A stretch of DNA of 58,468 nt from Patescibacteria group bacterium (GCA_043822345.1 JBDRBW010000009.1:1-58468); one strand, 5' to 3'; numbered from the stretch's first letter, positions 44,665 through 54,106 are shown. The notes: a model not told the origin generated them from the letters alone. Numbers and translations are program-made.

Positions 44665-45821
44665 GTGGGTAAATTAGTCGGCGGGGCGCCTTTTTTGAAC
44701 TCGACGGGGCGCAACATCGGCGACTCCACTCCCATAGACGGAAAGTGATAGAGGGTCGCCAGCTCCTCGGTATTAAAAATTGAGAACTTATTAGGAAATC
44801 TGCGTCTACGATAATTCTCATAAATCAATCGCTTACGGCGATAAACTCGCTGTTTTTTAAAAATACTCTTAAACAAGCCGGTGGTAATAGTCATAGTATC
44901 GAGGTTGGGCTTTAAGCTGTTTAAGCTCATATCATTAAATTGGCGGAAGGCGCCCATAACCGCCGCAATATTATTGCGGCTAAAGTTCTCCTGCTCATCA
45001 ATATAAATAAATCTGATTATTCCCTCAAAGCCGATTTTGGACATCTTATTTTCAATAGCGCCAATAACGTTCTGCTCGCCCTTGGTTAATTTGGGCTTTT
45101 TTTCTTTACTGCGACCGGCTAATTCGTCACGCATTTCTTCAGCTTTTTTATTCCACTCATCGCCGGTGGGACGAATGAGCAACTGTAGCCAGATTCGCTC
45201 CCCACTGCCAAGCCGTGACATCACCTCGGTAATGGTAGAGATGGTGTCTATTTTTTCCTCTTCGGTTATTGCCTCAAAATAAGGATAGGTGCGCAATGGA
45301 TAGCCATCGTCTCTGGCTAAAATAAATTCGGTGCCAAATAAGTCAAAAGTATTGTTGGGCAAAACTGCCGGCAGGGACTGGGTATAATCATCTACCACTT
45401 CTATTTCCGCATTGGGATATTGGGAATAGATGGAAGATTCTAAAAGATTGCGAAAGCCCTCGGCAACCCGAATATAGAAATAAACGCTCTGCGAATCGCC
45501 AACTAATTCAAAAGAATGCCAATCCTCCACCCTGCCCCGCCAATACTTATCCACAGGCCTCACACCAAAAGTGTAACTAGCGTGCATGGCGGCAAAAATC
45601 TGTTCCATTGCCTTGGGGGTCTTCAATACTTCTTTGGGAGTTTTTATCCGTAAAATTACCCACTTGATATTTCCAATATGCAGACGGATGATATAAGTCA
45701 TCCAAAACTCGGCACAAACAAAAACAAGGACGATGGGCACGATAATCCACCAGGTAAGTAAAAATACTCCCCAGATGTCCTGAAAAATACCGGCTAAAAT
45801 ATTAACGGGAGATAACGGCAT
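44661..45821 (-). CDS. membrane protein partner of the VirD4-like ATPase
   Basis: Two N-terminal TM helices plus a soluble domain. ATGA overlap with the ATPase gene. Confidence 0.6.
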   Translation of the reverse strand: MPLSPVNILAGIFQDIWGVFLLTWWIIVPIVLVFVCAEFWMTYIIRLHIGNIKWVILRIKTPKEVLKTPKAMEQIFAAMHASYTFGVRPVDKYWRGRVEDWHSFELVGDSQSVYFYIRVAEGFRNLLESSIYSQYPNAEIEVVDDYTQSLPAVLPNNTFDLFGTEFILARDDGYPLRTYPYFEAITEEEKIDTISTITEVMSRLGSGERIWLQLLIRPTGDEWNKKAEEMRDELAGRSKEKKPKLTKGEQNVIGAIENKMSKIGFEGIIRFIYIDEQENFSRNNIAAVMGAFRQFNDMSLNSLKPNLDTMTITTGLFKSIFKKQRVYRRKRLIYENYRRRRFPNKFSIFNTEELATLYHFPSMGVESPMLRPVEFKKGAPPTNLPT

Positions 45822-45854
45822 AATTTAATTGTACCAAAAAAGTCTAGCAAAGCG

Positions 45855-46895
45855 CTAGACTTTTTTGATGGCATATTTTCCGTCGTCTAATCGCTGAAAG
45901 TGATTCTTGTCCTGCAAGTTAAGTAAAAGTGTGTTTTCTTTGAAGTCGCGCTGATTAAGTACTAACCTAACCACATCTTTGGAAATTTGCGGGCCGTGTT
46001 TATCAATAATTTGATGAATCACCTCTCGGGCGGTACCCGCCATTAAATTAAACTCCTGCAATCCATAAGTGCCCCGTCCCACGAGCACGAAGCGGCTGTC
46101 TTTTATTAGTTCGTTATGAACCGTTTGAGCGTTGGTAATTTTATCATTTCTGATTTTATTAATAGCATTAGTAAGCATAGAAAAATGCAAGGGTTGGCCG
46201 TTCTTTCTTAAAACAAGATAAGCCCAATCACGAGCGGTCTTTGGACTAATTTCAGACCAAGCGACGAGCCCCAGCTCATTGGCAGAATTGACGGTAAATT
46301 TTTTAGAAATGGAAATGTAGTTGGTGGCCAGCGCCGGTTTGAGCTTGGCTGATTTTACCACTTGGGTAAACAAGGGTTTGAAGTTGTTATTAATAATCAA
46401 CTCGGTCTTTTTGCTTCTAAGAAAATTTTCTAGTTTTACTACTAAATTATCGGCCCCATTAGAACTGTCTTTGCCGATGTGCCAAAAAGCATAATAACTA
46501 TTATCCTCGGGGCGATATTCAAAAGCGCCACAACTTCTAAGCAGAAACCTCAATTTATTTCCGTAAAATTCCGCTTTCCCGCCATCTAATTCTTTTTTCA
46601 ATTCATCACACAAAAGATCGTCTCGACGCAATCCGCCTAGTTTTTTAAAGTGGTTTTTTAGGTGGATAACTAACTGACCACACTCCCCTTTAGCCAACTG
46701 CGGTTTAATGGCCGTCAAAGACAGCGCCTCAATCTGCCTCACTCTTTCCCGTGTAACATGATATTTATCGCCAATTTTAGCTAGAGTCATTGTTCCGGCG
46801 CTATGTAAACCAAACCGACCGGCAAGCACTTCTTTTTGACGCGCTGATAAATCGACTAATAAAGAATTGACTATTTTGTCGATATTATATTTCAT
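45855..46895 (-). CDS. sigma-70 region 4-like HTH protein with additional winged-helix (HARE-HTH-like) modules
   Basis: LSARQKEVLAGRFGL...TLAKIGDKYHVTRERVRQIE (region 4 signature). Later segments are ...VLVGRGTYGLQEF-like. Confidence 0.55.
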   Translation of the reverse strand: MKYNIDKIVNSLLVDLSARQKEVLAGRFGLHSAGTMTLAKIGDKYHVTRERVRQIEALSLTAIKPQLAKGECGQLVIHLKNHFKKLGGLRRDDLLCDELKKELDGGKAEFYGNKLRFLLRSCGAFEYRPEDNSYYAFWHIGKDSSNGADNLVVKLENFLRSKKTELIINNNFKPLFTQVVKSAKLKPALATNYISISKKFTVNSANELGLVAWSEISPKTARDWAYLVLRKNGQPLHFSMLTNAINKIRNDKITNAQTVHNELIKDSRFVLVGRGTYGLQEFNLMAGTAREVIHQIIDKHGPQISKDVVRLVLNQRDFKENTLLLNLQDKNHFQRLDDGKYAIKKV

Positions 46896-46953
46896 AAGAC
46901 AAATATAGCAATAATAATTTTTTATGTCAAGTCGACCTTTTGTTTTTTTACAT

Positions 46954-47826
46954 CTACTTCTGCCAAGCCACTACCAGTGAGCTGGCAACACAAATTGAAG
47001 AATAGGTTCCGATAATCGTTCCCACTAAGATGACGAGAATAAAATAACTAAGAGAGGCGGGGCCGAAAAAGTACATCGCCAACAAGATAAAGACAAGTGT
47101 AAGCGAGGTGTTAATCGAACGGGCTAGCGTCTGGTTGACGCTCTGATTGACCAGATCGGCGAAGGGTAGATTGCCTTTTTGGTTTTTAAGATTTTCCCGC
47201 GTTCGGTCAAGAACAACAATAGTGTCGTGAACCGAGAAACCAATAACCACCAAAATTGCCACCACCAGATTAACGCCAACTTCCACGCCCAACCAGGCGG
47301 TCATACCAATAGGAATAATAGCGTCGTGAAACAAGGTGGCTAAAGTAATCAAGCCATACTTCCACGAACTAACCGGATGGGACACTTTACGAAAAACAAA
47401 AGCAACGTACAGCGAGATGGTAAGTAGTACCAAGAGAAACGCCCAAACAGCATTGCGCCTCAATTCTTCGCCGACCACCGGACCAATGCTCTCAAAGCGC
47501 AATTCCTCAATCTGGCCAAATTTTTCTTCAAGTATATTTAGATAGGAAACGTGCGTGGCTTCGTCGGTCTCCGGCAGACGCAATAGTAAACTATTGGTGG
47601 TCGGTTCTTGTGTTACCGTAAAATCGGATAATTCCAGATTGGTAACGATAAACTCCCTTACTTCGCTAACCGAAACGGGCTGGCTTAACTTAATCTGCCA
47701 CAGAGTGCCGCCTTCGAAATCAATCCCCTGCTTCAGACCAAAAACTAAGATAGCGGCGATACTGGCAACCACCAATAAACCCGAGACGGTTAAAAATATT
47801 TTTCTATTTTGGATTATTTTATACAT
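46954..47826 (-). CDS. secF: protein translocase subunit SecF
   Basis: GIDFEGG, six TM segments. Downstream of secD. Confidence 0.9.
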   Translation of the reverse strand: MYKIIQNRKIFLTVSGLLVVASIAAILVFGLKQGIDFEGGTLWQIKLSQPVSVSEVREFIVTNLELSDFTVTQEPTTNSLLLRLPETDEATHVSYLNILEEKFGQIEELRFESIGPVVGEELRRNAVWAFLLVLLTISLYVAFVFRKVSHPVSSWKYGLITLATLFHDAIIPIGMTAWLGVEVGVNLVVAILVVIGFSVHDTIVVLDRTRENLKNQKGNLPFADLVNQSVNQTLARSINTSLTLVFILLAMYFFGPASLSYFILVILVGTIIGTYSSICVASSLVVAWQK

Positions 47827-47838
47827 ATTGTTTTAATT

Positions 47839-47928
47839 GTCATTTCGACCAAAGTGGAGAAATCTCATCATTCTTGCGAACTCAAAGCACTGAGATCTCT
47901 CGACTCGCTATCGCTCGCTCGAGATGAC
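47839..47928. repeat. family B full element spanning the secD stop and the secD-secF spacer
   Basis: gtcatttcgaccaaagtggagaaatctca...tgagatctctcgactcgc...cgagatgac. Confidence 0.8.
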
Positions 47929-49208
47929 GGTCGGTTGTCATTAATAAACACTCGCAACAACAGCCGACTAACCGTGATGGCGCTGAACATACTGATAATG
48001 ACACCGATTAATAAAGCGAGAGCAAATCCCTTCACAAAGCCAGTGGTAAAATAATACAAAATAATAGAGGTAATAATAGTAGTCATATTGGAGTCACGGA
48101 TTGATGGCCAGGCGCGCTTGAAACCTTCTTCAATAGCAGTGGTTCTGGACAACCCGTTCCTTATCTCCTCCTTAGCCCGCTCAAAAATAAGAATGTTAGC
48201 GTCAATCGCCATACCAATAGTGAGAATAAATCCGGCGATACCGGCCAAGGTCATAGTAACGCCAAACAACTTAAAGATACCAAGAGTTAAAATAATATAA
48301 ATTACCAGCGCCAAACCAGACACTAAACCGAAGGTAAGATAGTAAACGAGCATAAAGGAAAGCAAAACCGAAGTGCCAATCAAGCCAGCCCAAATGGTCT
48401 TTTCCAGAGAATCCGCGCCCAGCGAGGCGCCAATGGTCTGCTGATTGATGAGGGTGATGGGCGCCGGTAAAGCGCCGGCGTTAAATCGCTCCACTAATTG
48501 TTGCGCTTCCTCAATGGTAAAGTCGCCAGTAATCTGCGCCTTACCGCCAATAATCGCCTCCTGCACCACCGGCGCGGTAATCAAATTACCATCAAGAAAA
48601 ACCGCCAACTGCTTGCCAACATTGCGAGTGGTAATATCGGCGAATAGCCCCGCGCCATCGCTATTGAAACTTAAGCTAATCTGGGGTTGGTTGGTAACGC
48701 TATCAAAGGTCAACTGCGCCCCCTCGACATAGCGGCCACTTAAATTAGTAGCAACGAATGATTGCGTCTCGCCTTCTCCCTGAACCTCGGAAAAATAAAG
48801 TAGCGGCGTCAGGCCAATCTGTTCAATAGCCGCCTTGATATCTTTAATGCCGGCCAGTTCAACCACCAAACGAGTGGATTGGCCACTCTCGGCAACATAA
48901 ACTTGCGGCTCGCTAACGCCAAATAAATTGACCCGTTTTTCAATCACGTCCCGCAAGCCATTGAGTACCGATTCCTTGTCGGTGGCGCTAACCTGCGACA
49001 AATCAACTTCATAAACCAAGTGGCTGCCGCCAGTTAAGTCCAACCCCAGCCGCCACGGCTGAAACTGATAGGTTGTGTCAAACCATTGGGGGTTGATAAA
49101 ATAACCCGCCACCGCAGTCGCCACCACGACAATGATTATAAAAAATACCGCTTTGGTTCTCATAAATTCATTCTCACGCGCCACCTCGTCATTCCGCCTG
49201 CCCGCCAT
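47868..49208 (-). CDS. secD: protein translocase subunit SecD
   Basis: LGLDLTGG, a periplasmic domain and six TM segments. The ATG at 49163 (MRTKAVFF) is a plausible true start, because the first 15 codons lie in a repeat. Confidence 0.9.
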   Translation of the reverse strand: MAGRRNDEVARENEFMRTKAVFFIIIVVVATAVAGYFINPQWFDTTYQFQPWRLGLDLTGGSHLVYEVDLSQVSATDKESVLNGLRDVIEKRVNLFGVSEPQVYVAESGQSTRLVVELAGIKDIKAAIEQIGLTPLLYFSEVQGEGETQSFVATNLSGRYVEGAQLTFDSVTNQPQISLSFNSDGAGLFADITTRNVGKQLAVFLDGNLITAPVVQEAIIGGKAQITGDFTIEEAQQLVERFNAGALPAPITLINQQTIGASLGADSLEKTIWAGLIGTSVLLSFMLVYYLTFGLVSGLALVIYIILTLGIFKLFGVTMTLAGIAGFILTIGMAIDANILIFERAKEEIRNGLSRTTAIEEGFKRAWPSIRDSNMTTIITSIILYYFTTGFVKGFALALLIGVIISMFSAITVSRLLLRVFINDNRPSSRASDSESRDLSALSSQE

Positions 49209-49255
49209 AGCTTTAGCAACGGCGGGAGCGAGCGTAGCGAGTCGAGGAATCTTTT
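49188..49255. repeat. family A-like element with ctgcccgcc..ggcggga module
   Basis: gtcattccg[cctgcccgcc...ggcgggag]...gtcgaggaatctttt. Confidence 0.7.
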
Positions 49256-49332
49256 AGCAATTAAAATCACTCTAACATAAATAAAAATCCTTGTGAAGCC
49301 CCTCGATTCGTGCTATACTACAGACCATGCCC

Positions 49333-49406
49333 GCCCCGTTAGCTCAGCCTGGTAGAGCAGTTGCCTTTTAAGCAAATGGTCGTAGGTTCAAATCCTACAC
49401 GGGGCA
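49333..49406 (+). tRNA. tRNA-Lys (UUU)
   Basis: Folded by hand: acceptor GCCCCGT/ACGGGGC, D arm GCTC..GAGC, anticodon loop CTTTTAA, T arm GTAGG-TTCAAAT-CCTAC, discriminator A. Confidence 0.9.
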
Positions 49407-49410
49407 CAAA

Positions 49411-49480
49411 GCGGACATTTTTATTTTCACCTCGCTGCCCGCAGTAAGCAAATGGTCGTAGGTTCGAATCCTAGTCCGCA
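49411..49480 (+). pseudogene. degenerate tRNA-like remnant / duplicated tRNA-Lys 3' half
   Basis: 49445-49473 repeats tRNA-Lys 49369-49397 with one mismatch. GCGGAC/GTCCGC could pair as an acceptor stem, but there is no D arm or anticodon stem. Confidence 0.5.
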
Positions 49481-49590
49481 TTGTCGCCTTAGCGACAATT
49501 ATATAATTTCGGCGGAGCCGACACTTCTCGGACCCTTTTTGCCCCGATTCGGCTGAAAGCCGACAAAAAGACAGGGCACCAAGGTAGGGG

Positions 49591-49619
49591 TTGACAACGA
49601 GGTGTAAATATGCTACACT
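49591..49619 (+). promoter_or_regulatory. sigma70-like promoter
   Basis: TTGACA (49591-49596), a 17-nt spacer, then TACACT (49614-49619). Confidence 0.65.
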
Positions 49620-49709
49620 GCTAGCACTAGCAGTCGTGGAATTGGGGTTCCACACCCTCATCGCGAGGGAATCGCGACAACCGCACATCAAAAACTAGAG
49701 GAAAAAGCC

Positions 49710-49976
49710 ATGAAGAAGCTCCTTCGTAGGTTTCTCGAGATTTCCGCTCACGGAACAGGTAAGCCCATCGGAACACGGGTGCAAGACGGCACAATCGGCT
49801 TCGGCGAGTATATCCATCTCATCGCCAACGGCCTCATGCTGGTCTTCTCCCTACTCGTCTTGGGCGTCATCTTCGGTCCAATCTACTTCCTCATCGTCCG
49901 TCCGTACGAGTGGACGAAGAAGAGGATCGCTGATGATCTGAACCGCATCCGAGTCGGCGTTCCCAAGAGCTCCTAA
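49710..49976 (+). CDS. hypothetical membrane protein
   Basis: 88-aa ORF after AGAGGAAAAAG. One long hydrophobic hairpin. Visibly GC-rich codons. Confidence 0.6.
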   Translation: MKKLLRRFLEISAHGTGKPIGTRVQDGTIGFGEYIHLIANGLMLVFSLLVLGVIFGPIYFLIVRPYEWTKKRIADDLNRIRVGVPKSS

Positions 49977-50006
49977 ACATCTCTCACGGAGGCACACACC
50001 ACAATG

Positions 50007-50042
50007 GCCTCTCCCGCATTCGTTGCCGGAGGGGCTTTTTTT
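50007..50042 (+). terminator. intrinsic terminator
   Basis: Stem gcctctcc...ggaggggc plus a T run. Confidence 0.7.
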
Positions 50043-50098
50043 ATTATCTCATTTTTTATCTTATTATTTTTATTCCCGCCCCCTTCTTTTTTGCGTTC

Positions 50099-50136
50099 CT
50101 GTCCAGTATATCCACGATCGTGGATATACTGGACAG
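50099..50136. repeat. 38-bp perfect palindrome, family F copy 2
   Basis: ctgtccagtatatccacga|tcgtggatatactggacag. Confidence 0.9.
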
Positions 50137-50175
50137 AATGGGTAAAATAAATAAAAAGTGAGGTGAAAAATGATT

Positions 50176-50883
50176 TTATTTTACTTCACTTTGTTTCCTG
50201 ATCAACTTTTCTATATTTAAATTACCCGAGTGATTGATAGAAAAAATACTAATATGCTTATCCATATCTAAATTGTGTAAAAATTGAATAAAATCTTCCG
50301 GCAATTTAATATTTCCACACCAGACGCTTTTTTGAATCATTTGATAACCTAGGAATTTTAAAAATTCTCTAATCCAATCACGAACAGCCCGATGCTTTTC
50401 GGGTATGTCAAACGAAAAGATAATAATCTTCTTTTCTTTTTCTTTCTTGAATTCACTATTAAATAAAGATTGTCTAGCAATCGTCATTCTCAATTCCGCT
50501 ATTTTTCTCTTTCCTTTTTGGGTTAAAGAAATATTTTGGCTGTTGTCTTTTTCAATAAAACCTTCTCTGACTAGTTCATAAATCTTTTTCTGTCTTTTTC
50601 GTCTCTCTTGTTGATAAATTTTCTCGCGTAATTTTCTATCTCTTTCTTGGGTTAGCGCTCTATTTCTTTCTTGGCTTGCTTGTAATTCTTCCGCCGTTGG
50701 CGTCATGTCCATTACGCCCGTACCACCATATCGCTTGATTGGCTGTAATCTTGGATCTGGCGGTATTCGTCTATACTTTACGCTTTCTGATTTTTTATCG
50801 CCTTCCAATATTTCTTTCGCTCCCTTGGCGATGCTCTCTAAAATAGCGAGCGCGTATTCTCCCTTTAATTTAATTTTTTTCAT
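50176..50883 (-). CDS. winged-helix plus Cas2-fold/PaaX C-terminal-like protein (putative regulator)
   Basis: The middle segment YELVREGFIEKD....ISLTQKGKRKI is wing-like. The C-terminal KKIIIFSFDIPEKHRAVRDWIREFLKFLGYQMIQKSVW resembles the Cas2/PaaX_C beta-alpha-beta core. Confidence 0.55.
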   Translation of the reverse strand: MKKIKLKGEYALAILESIAKGAKEILEGDKKSESVKYRRIPPDPRLQPIKRYGGTGVMDMTPTAEELQASQERNRALTQERDRKLREKIYQQERRKRQKKIYELVREGFIEKDNSQNISLTQKGKRKIAELRMTIARQSLFNSEFKKEKEKKIIIFSFDIPEKHRAVRDWIREFLKFLGYQMIQKSVWCGNIKLPEDFIQFLHNLDMDKHISIFSINHSGNLNIEKLIRKQSEVK

Positions 50884-50912
50884 TTGTTCAAATTTAATCT
50901 ATTTCAATCTTT

Positions 50913-50950
50913 CTGTCCAGTATAACCACGATCGTGGATATACTGGACAG
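50913..50950. repeat. 38-bp palindrome, family F copy 3 (one mismatch)
   Basis: ctgtccagtataaccacgatcgtggatatactggacag, 30-67 nt upstream of the start at 50883. Confidence 0.9.
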
Positions 50951-51179
50951 AAAAGAAGACAAAAACTAATCCGAGAAATATTGTTTCCCCAATGCCATTT
51001 CAGCACTGCATTTTGTCCATTAAGCCGAAATAGATATTATGAATGTAGTATAAATATAAAAAGTATAAATAACAAAAATAAGCGAAGGTGGTTTTTTATC
51101 ATTTATAGGTTTACGTCCGTGAAAGAAGGCGAGGGGGCAAAGCTTCGGAAAAATTTCGCCCACTATAAGCCTCACAAAA

Positions 51180-52133
51180 TTAAGGGTTCGCCTGCGGCCA
51201 TGGTTTCCATGGATCAAATAAGGATTCTAACTCTTGCATTGGAGTTTTCCCGTAAAATGCTACCCCACAACCCCAGCACATCTGCCGCCTTTTTACAGAG
51301 TATATGGCTTTCTGAACCTGCTCCATATAACTACTCAAATATTGCATATAACCTATACTAGCCTTCTTAACTTTGCCATCCTTATCCTTATAGGTAAAAC
51401 TTTTAAAAAGAAATTCAATCGCTTCTTGTTCTTTTTCCTTCGTCCATGTCCCCTCTTTTTTCTTTTTATAGATTGATTGCACGTACTCGTAAACGGCAGT
51501 AACCTGAAGTTGTTTTTGGGCTTGTTCAACACTCTTAAATAGAGGATTCAATCCGCAAGGGATTGGTGGCGGTTCTTTATGATAACCACCTATTTGAACT
51601 AGTTTATTTAATTTATTTTTAGCATCAAACAAAAACAAAGATGCTTTTTCTAAATCATACCATTGAACCTTATCATCCGCACCGTAAATAACCACTTGCC
51701 AAAAATCACTAAATCCTTGAATACTATTAGTGGTGATATCATTCATGCTTGGAATAACAACTTCCAAATTAATAGACAGGTCATCGAAATTAACGTCGGC
51801 ACAATCACTGCACCGATCCCCAACACACTCACTACTCTTACATAATCCCGGACAAGGATCTGTTACATTACCAAATACATCTGGACTGCAATTTGATTGT
51901 AACGTCCTTAATAAACCACTGACGGATTGGGCAAGCTTTCCAATAGCCGCATCCTGCTTAGCGTCAATTTGCTGTTGAGCAGTTAAAGAATCATCATATG
52001 CTTGCGTTTGAGTGTTATTTGCTAATGACCAAAAAAGAAATAATAAAACCATAACGACCACGGCTATAATAAGCCAAATAATGTTTTTGTTCTTCATTAA
52101 TCTAATTAGCTCTCTTTTAAGAGGGAGGGGCAA
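51180..52133 (-). CDS. membrane-anchored Cys-rich extracytoplasmic protein
   Basis: N-terminal TM. Cys cluster CSPD..CPGLCKSSECVGDRCSDC. C-terminal CWGCG. Confidence 0.6.
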   Translation of the reverse strand: MPLPLKRELIRLMKNKNIIWLIIAVVVMVLLFLFWSLANNTQTQAYDDSLTAQQQIDAKQDAAIGKLAQSVSGLLRTLQSNCSPDVFGNVTDPCPGLCKSSECVGDRCSDCADVNFDDLSINLEVVIPSMNDITTNSIQGFSDFWQVVIYGADDKVQWYDLEKASLFLFDAKNKLNKLVQIGGYHKEPPPIPCGLNPLFKSVEQAQKQLQVTAVYEYVQSIYKKKKEGTWTKEKEQEAIEFLFKSFTYKDKDGKVKKASIGYMQYLSSYMEQVQKAIYSVKRRQMCWGCGVAFYGKTPMQELESLFDPWKPWPQANP

Positions 52134-52178
52134 GGGGTAAAAATGTGGATAACTTTTTGTCCACTAAGTTGACGGCTG

Positions 52179-53150
52179 TCAGTGAGCTAATTTCTCCTTT
52201 ATAAGAGCGTTGAGAGTTTTTTGGATGACTTTAATTGTGCTTGGCTCGAGAATGGAAAGAAGCTTGGCGGTGGGATTTATTTTTTTAAGTTGGGTTAATT
52301 TCGCTTTTTGTTCTTTAACATCAATCATGTCGGACTTACTAAGAAAAAGATATTCCTTTTTTTCTATGAGCAACTTATTATAAGCGCCAAGTTCTTTTTG
52401 AATTGTCTTATAGTCCTTAACGGGATCATCTGATTCAGCTGAGACCAAATGGAATAATGTTTGCGTTCGCTCAATGTGGCGGAGGAATTTTACGCCAAGG
52501 CCCTTATTTTGAGAAGCTCCTTCGATGATGCCGGGAATATCGGCTAAAATAAGATCATAGTAGGCGCCAAGATGAGGTTCGAGAGTGGTAAATGGATAGC
52601 TGGCCACCCTACTTTTAGCTTTAGTAAGTTCGTTAAGCAAACTTGATTTGCCGGCGTTAGGCAAGCCAACGAGACCAACGTCGGCAATAAGTTTTAGCTC
52701 GAGCCGAATGTCAAATCCTTCTCCGGGTAGACCGGGTTGGAACTCTTTTGGGGTGGTATTGCGAGGTCCGCGAAAGTGGAAATTACCCTTTCCGCCTCGG
52801 CCACCCTTAGCAGATAGAACTCGCTGACCAATCTTCACCACCTCATCAATAGCGCCATTAGTTACATTATGAATGACAGTTCCAACAGGTATTTTAATAA
52901 TAAGATCCGTCCCGTTGGCGCCATCGTTTAACTGCTTCCGTCCTCTGAAGCCGTCTTGGGCATTAAATAATTTTTTGTGTTTAAGACGATTAAGGGCGCT
53001 TAAATCGGAAATACCCTCGAAATAAATACCACCTCCATGTCCGCCACTGCCACCGGTTGGCCCAAGAGACATTTTTGTCGCATTAAAAGCAACGATACCA
53101 TCGCCACCCCGACCAGCTTGGATATAAATATTAATATCGTCAACAATCAT
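52179..53150 (-). CDS. obg: GTPase Obg
   Basis: Gly-rich Obg fold (GGDGIVAF, GGSGGHGG) and the G domain GLPNAGKSSLLN. Confidence 0.93.
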   Translation of the reverse strand: MIVDDINIYIQAGRGGDGIVAFNATKMSLGPTGGSGGHGGGIYFEGISDLSALNRLKHKKLFNAQDGFRGRKQLNDGANGTDLIIKIPVGTVIHNVTNGAIDEVVKIGQRVLSAKGGRGGKGNFHFRGPRNTTPKEFQPGLPGEGFDIRLELKLIADVGLVGLPNAGKSSLLNELTKAKSRVASYPFTTLEPHLGAYYDLILADIPGIIEGASQNKGLGVKFLRHIERTQTLFHLVSAESDDPVKDYKTIQKELGAYNKLLIEKKEYLFLSKSDMIDVKEQKAKLTQLKKINPTAKLLSILEPSTIKVIQKTLNALIKEKLAH

Positions 53151-53158
53151 ACGATTTT

Positions 53159-54037
53159 TTATCCCAATTCCTTTTTCAAATCTTCTAAAAGTTTTTTGGC
53201 TTGGCGGGAGAGTTTTTTGGGAGTAACGATATTGAACAAAACATAAAGATCTCCGCGATTAGAACGTAAAAGTCCGCCAAGACGAGGCATGCCGGCGCCG
53301 GCGATTTTTATTTCCTCATTCAAATTAGCGCCAGGTGGAATTTCAATGCTAAGTTCCTTATTATCAATACCTTTAATACTGACTTTTTTGCCTAGTAGCA
53401 CATCGATTAAGTCAATATCCTCCTCCATTAACAAATCATCTCCCTTAACCTCAAATACAGAATGAGGTTGGACATGAATTTTTATATAAAGATCACCCGA
53501 TGGATGGCCCTTCTTACCCACTTCACCACGACCGTTGAGCCGGATAGTTTGGCCATTACGGATACCAGGAATGACACTAACCTCGGTTTCTGATTTGTTA
53601 TAGGAAATCGTTTTTTTAACGCCATGAAAAGCCTCCTCCAGTGTAATGCTTAGAGTAACCTCTAAATCCATTCCTCTATTTTGAGCGGCGCGCCACTGTT
53701 CTCCCAAGCCACTAAAAAAGACCTCGAAGATATCATCAACATTACTGAAGCCGCCACTAAAGCCACCGCTGAAACCGCTAAAAGGATTCTCCTGGGCGTT
53801 ACCAAAGGGGTTGAATCCACCGGTAGCGCCATCAAAAGTTCGGCCAAACTGGTCGTACTGCTGGCGCTTTTGCCGATTGGAAAGCGTCTGGTAGGCCTCA
53901 TTAATCTCCTTGAACTTACTTTCATCGCCGTTGGGCCGGTCAGGATGATGCTGATGCGCCAGCCGGCGATAGGCCTTTTTTATATCTTCATCCGAGGCGC
54001 TTTTAACAACGCCTAGAATATTGTAATAATCTTTCAT
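53159..54037 (-). CDS. dnaJ: J-domain co-chaperone (DnaJ/CbpA type, no zinc-finger domain)
   Basis: DYYNILGV...HHPDR (HPD motif), a G/F region and C-terminal substrate domains. No CxxCxGxG repeats. Confidence 0.85.
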   Translation of the reverse strand: MKDYYNILGVVKSASDEDIKKAYRRLAHQHHPDRPNGDESKFKEINEAYQTLSNRQKRQQYDQFGRTFDGATGGFNPFGNAQENPFSGFSGGFSGGFSNVDDIFEVFFSGLGEQWRAAQNRGMDLEVTLSITLEEAFHGVKKTISYNKSETEVSVIPGIRNGQTIRLNGRGEVGKKGHPSGDLYIKIHVQPHSVFEVKGDDLLMEEDIDLIDVLLGKKVSIKGIDNKELSIEIPPGANLNEEIKIAGAGMPRLGGLLRSNRGDLYVLFNIVTPKKLSRQAKKLLEDLKKELG

Positions 54038-54048
54038 ATATTGAAATC

Positions 54049-54106
54049 GTCATTTTGAACGAATGTGAAAAATCTTTTAAAGATCCTTCGCTACGCTCAG
54101 GATGAC
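54049..54106. repeat. family A full element
   Basis: gtcattttgaacgaatgtgaaaaatctttt-aa-agatccttcgctacgctcaggatgac. Confidence 0.8.

Noticed and set aside
49395-49691. 98-aa minus-strand ORF.
   Set aside because: It overlaps tRNA-Lys, the tRNA-like remnant and the promoter and leader of the plus-strand gene. It has no coding signal.
50099-50950. A CRISPR locus, suggested by a Cas2-fold gene next to repeated palindromes.
   Set aside because: Only two copies flank the gene, about 780 bp apart, and two more lie tens of kb away. There is no regular repeat-spacer array and no cas1 or effector genes.
50705-51361. 218-aa plus-strand ORF.
   Set aside because: It runs antisense across the start of the wHTH/Cas2-fold gene, through palindrome F3, and into the end of the 317-aa secreted-protein gene. 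This composition is typical of a spurious ORF.
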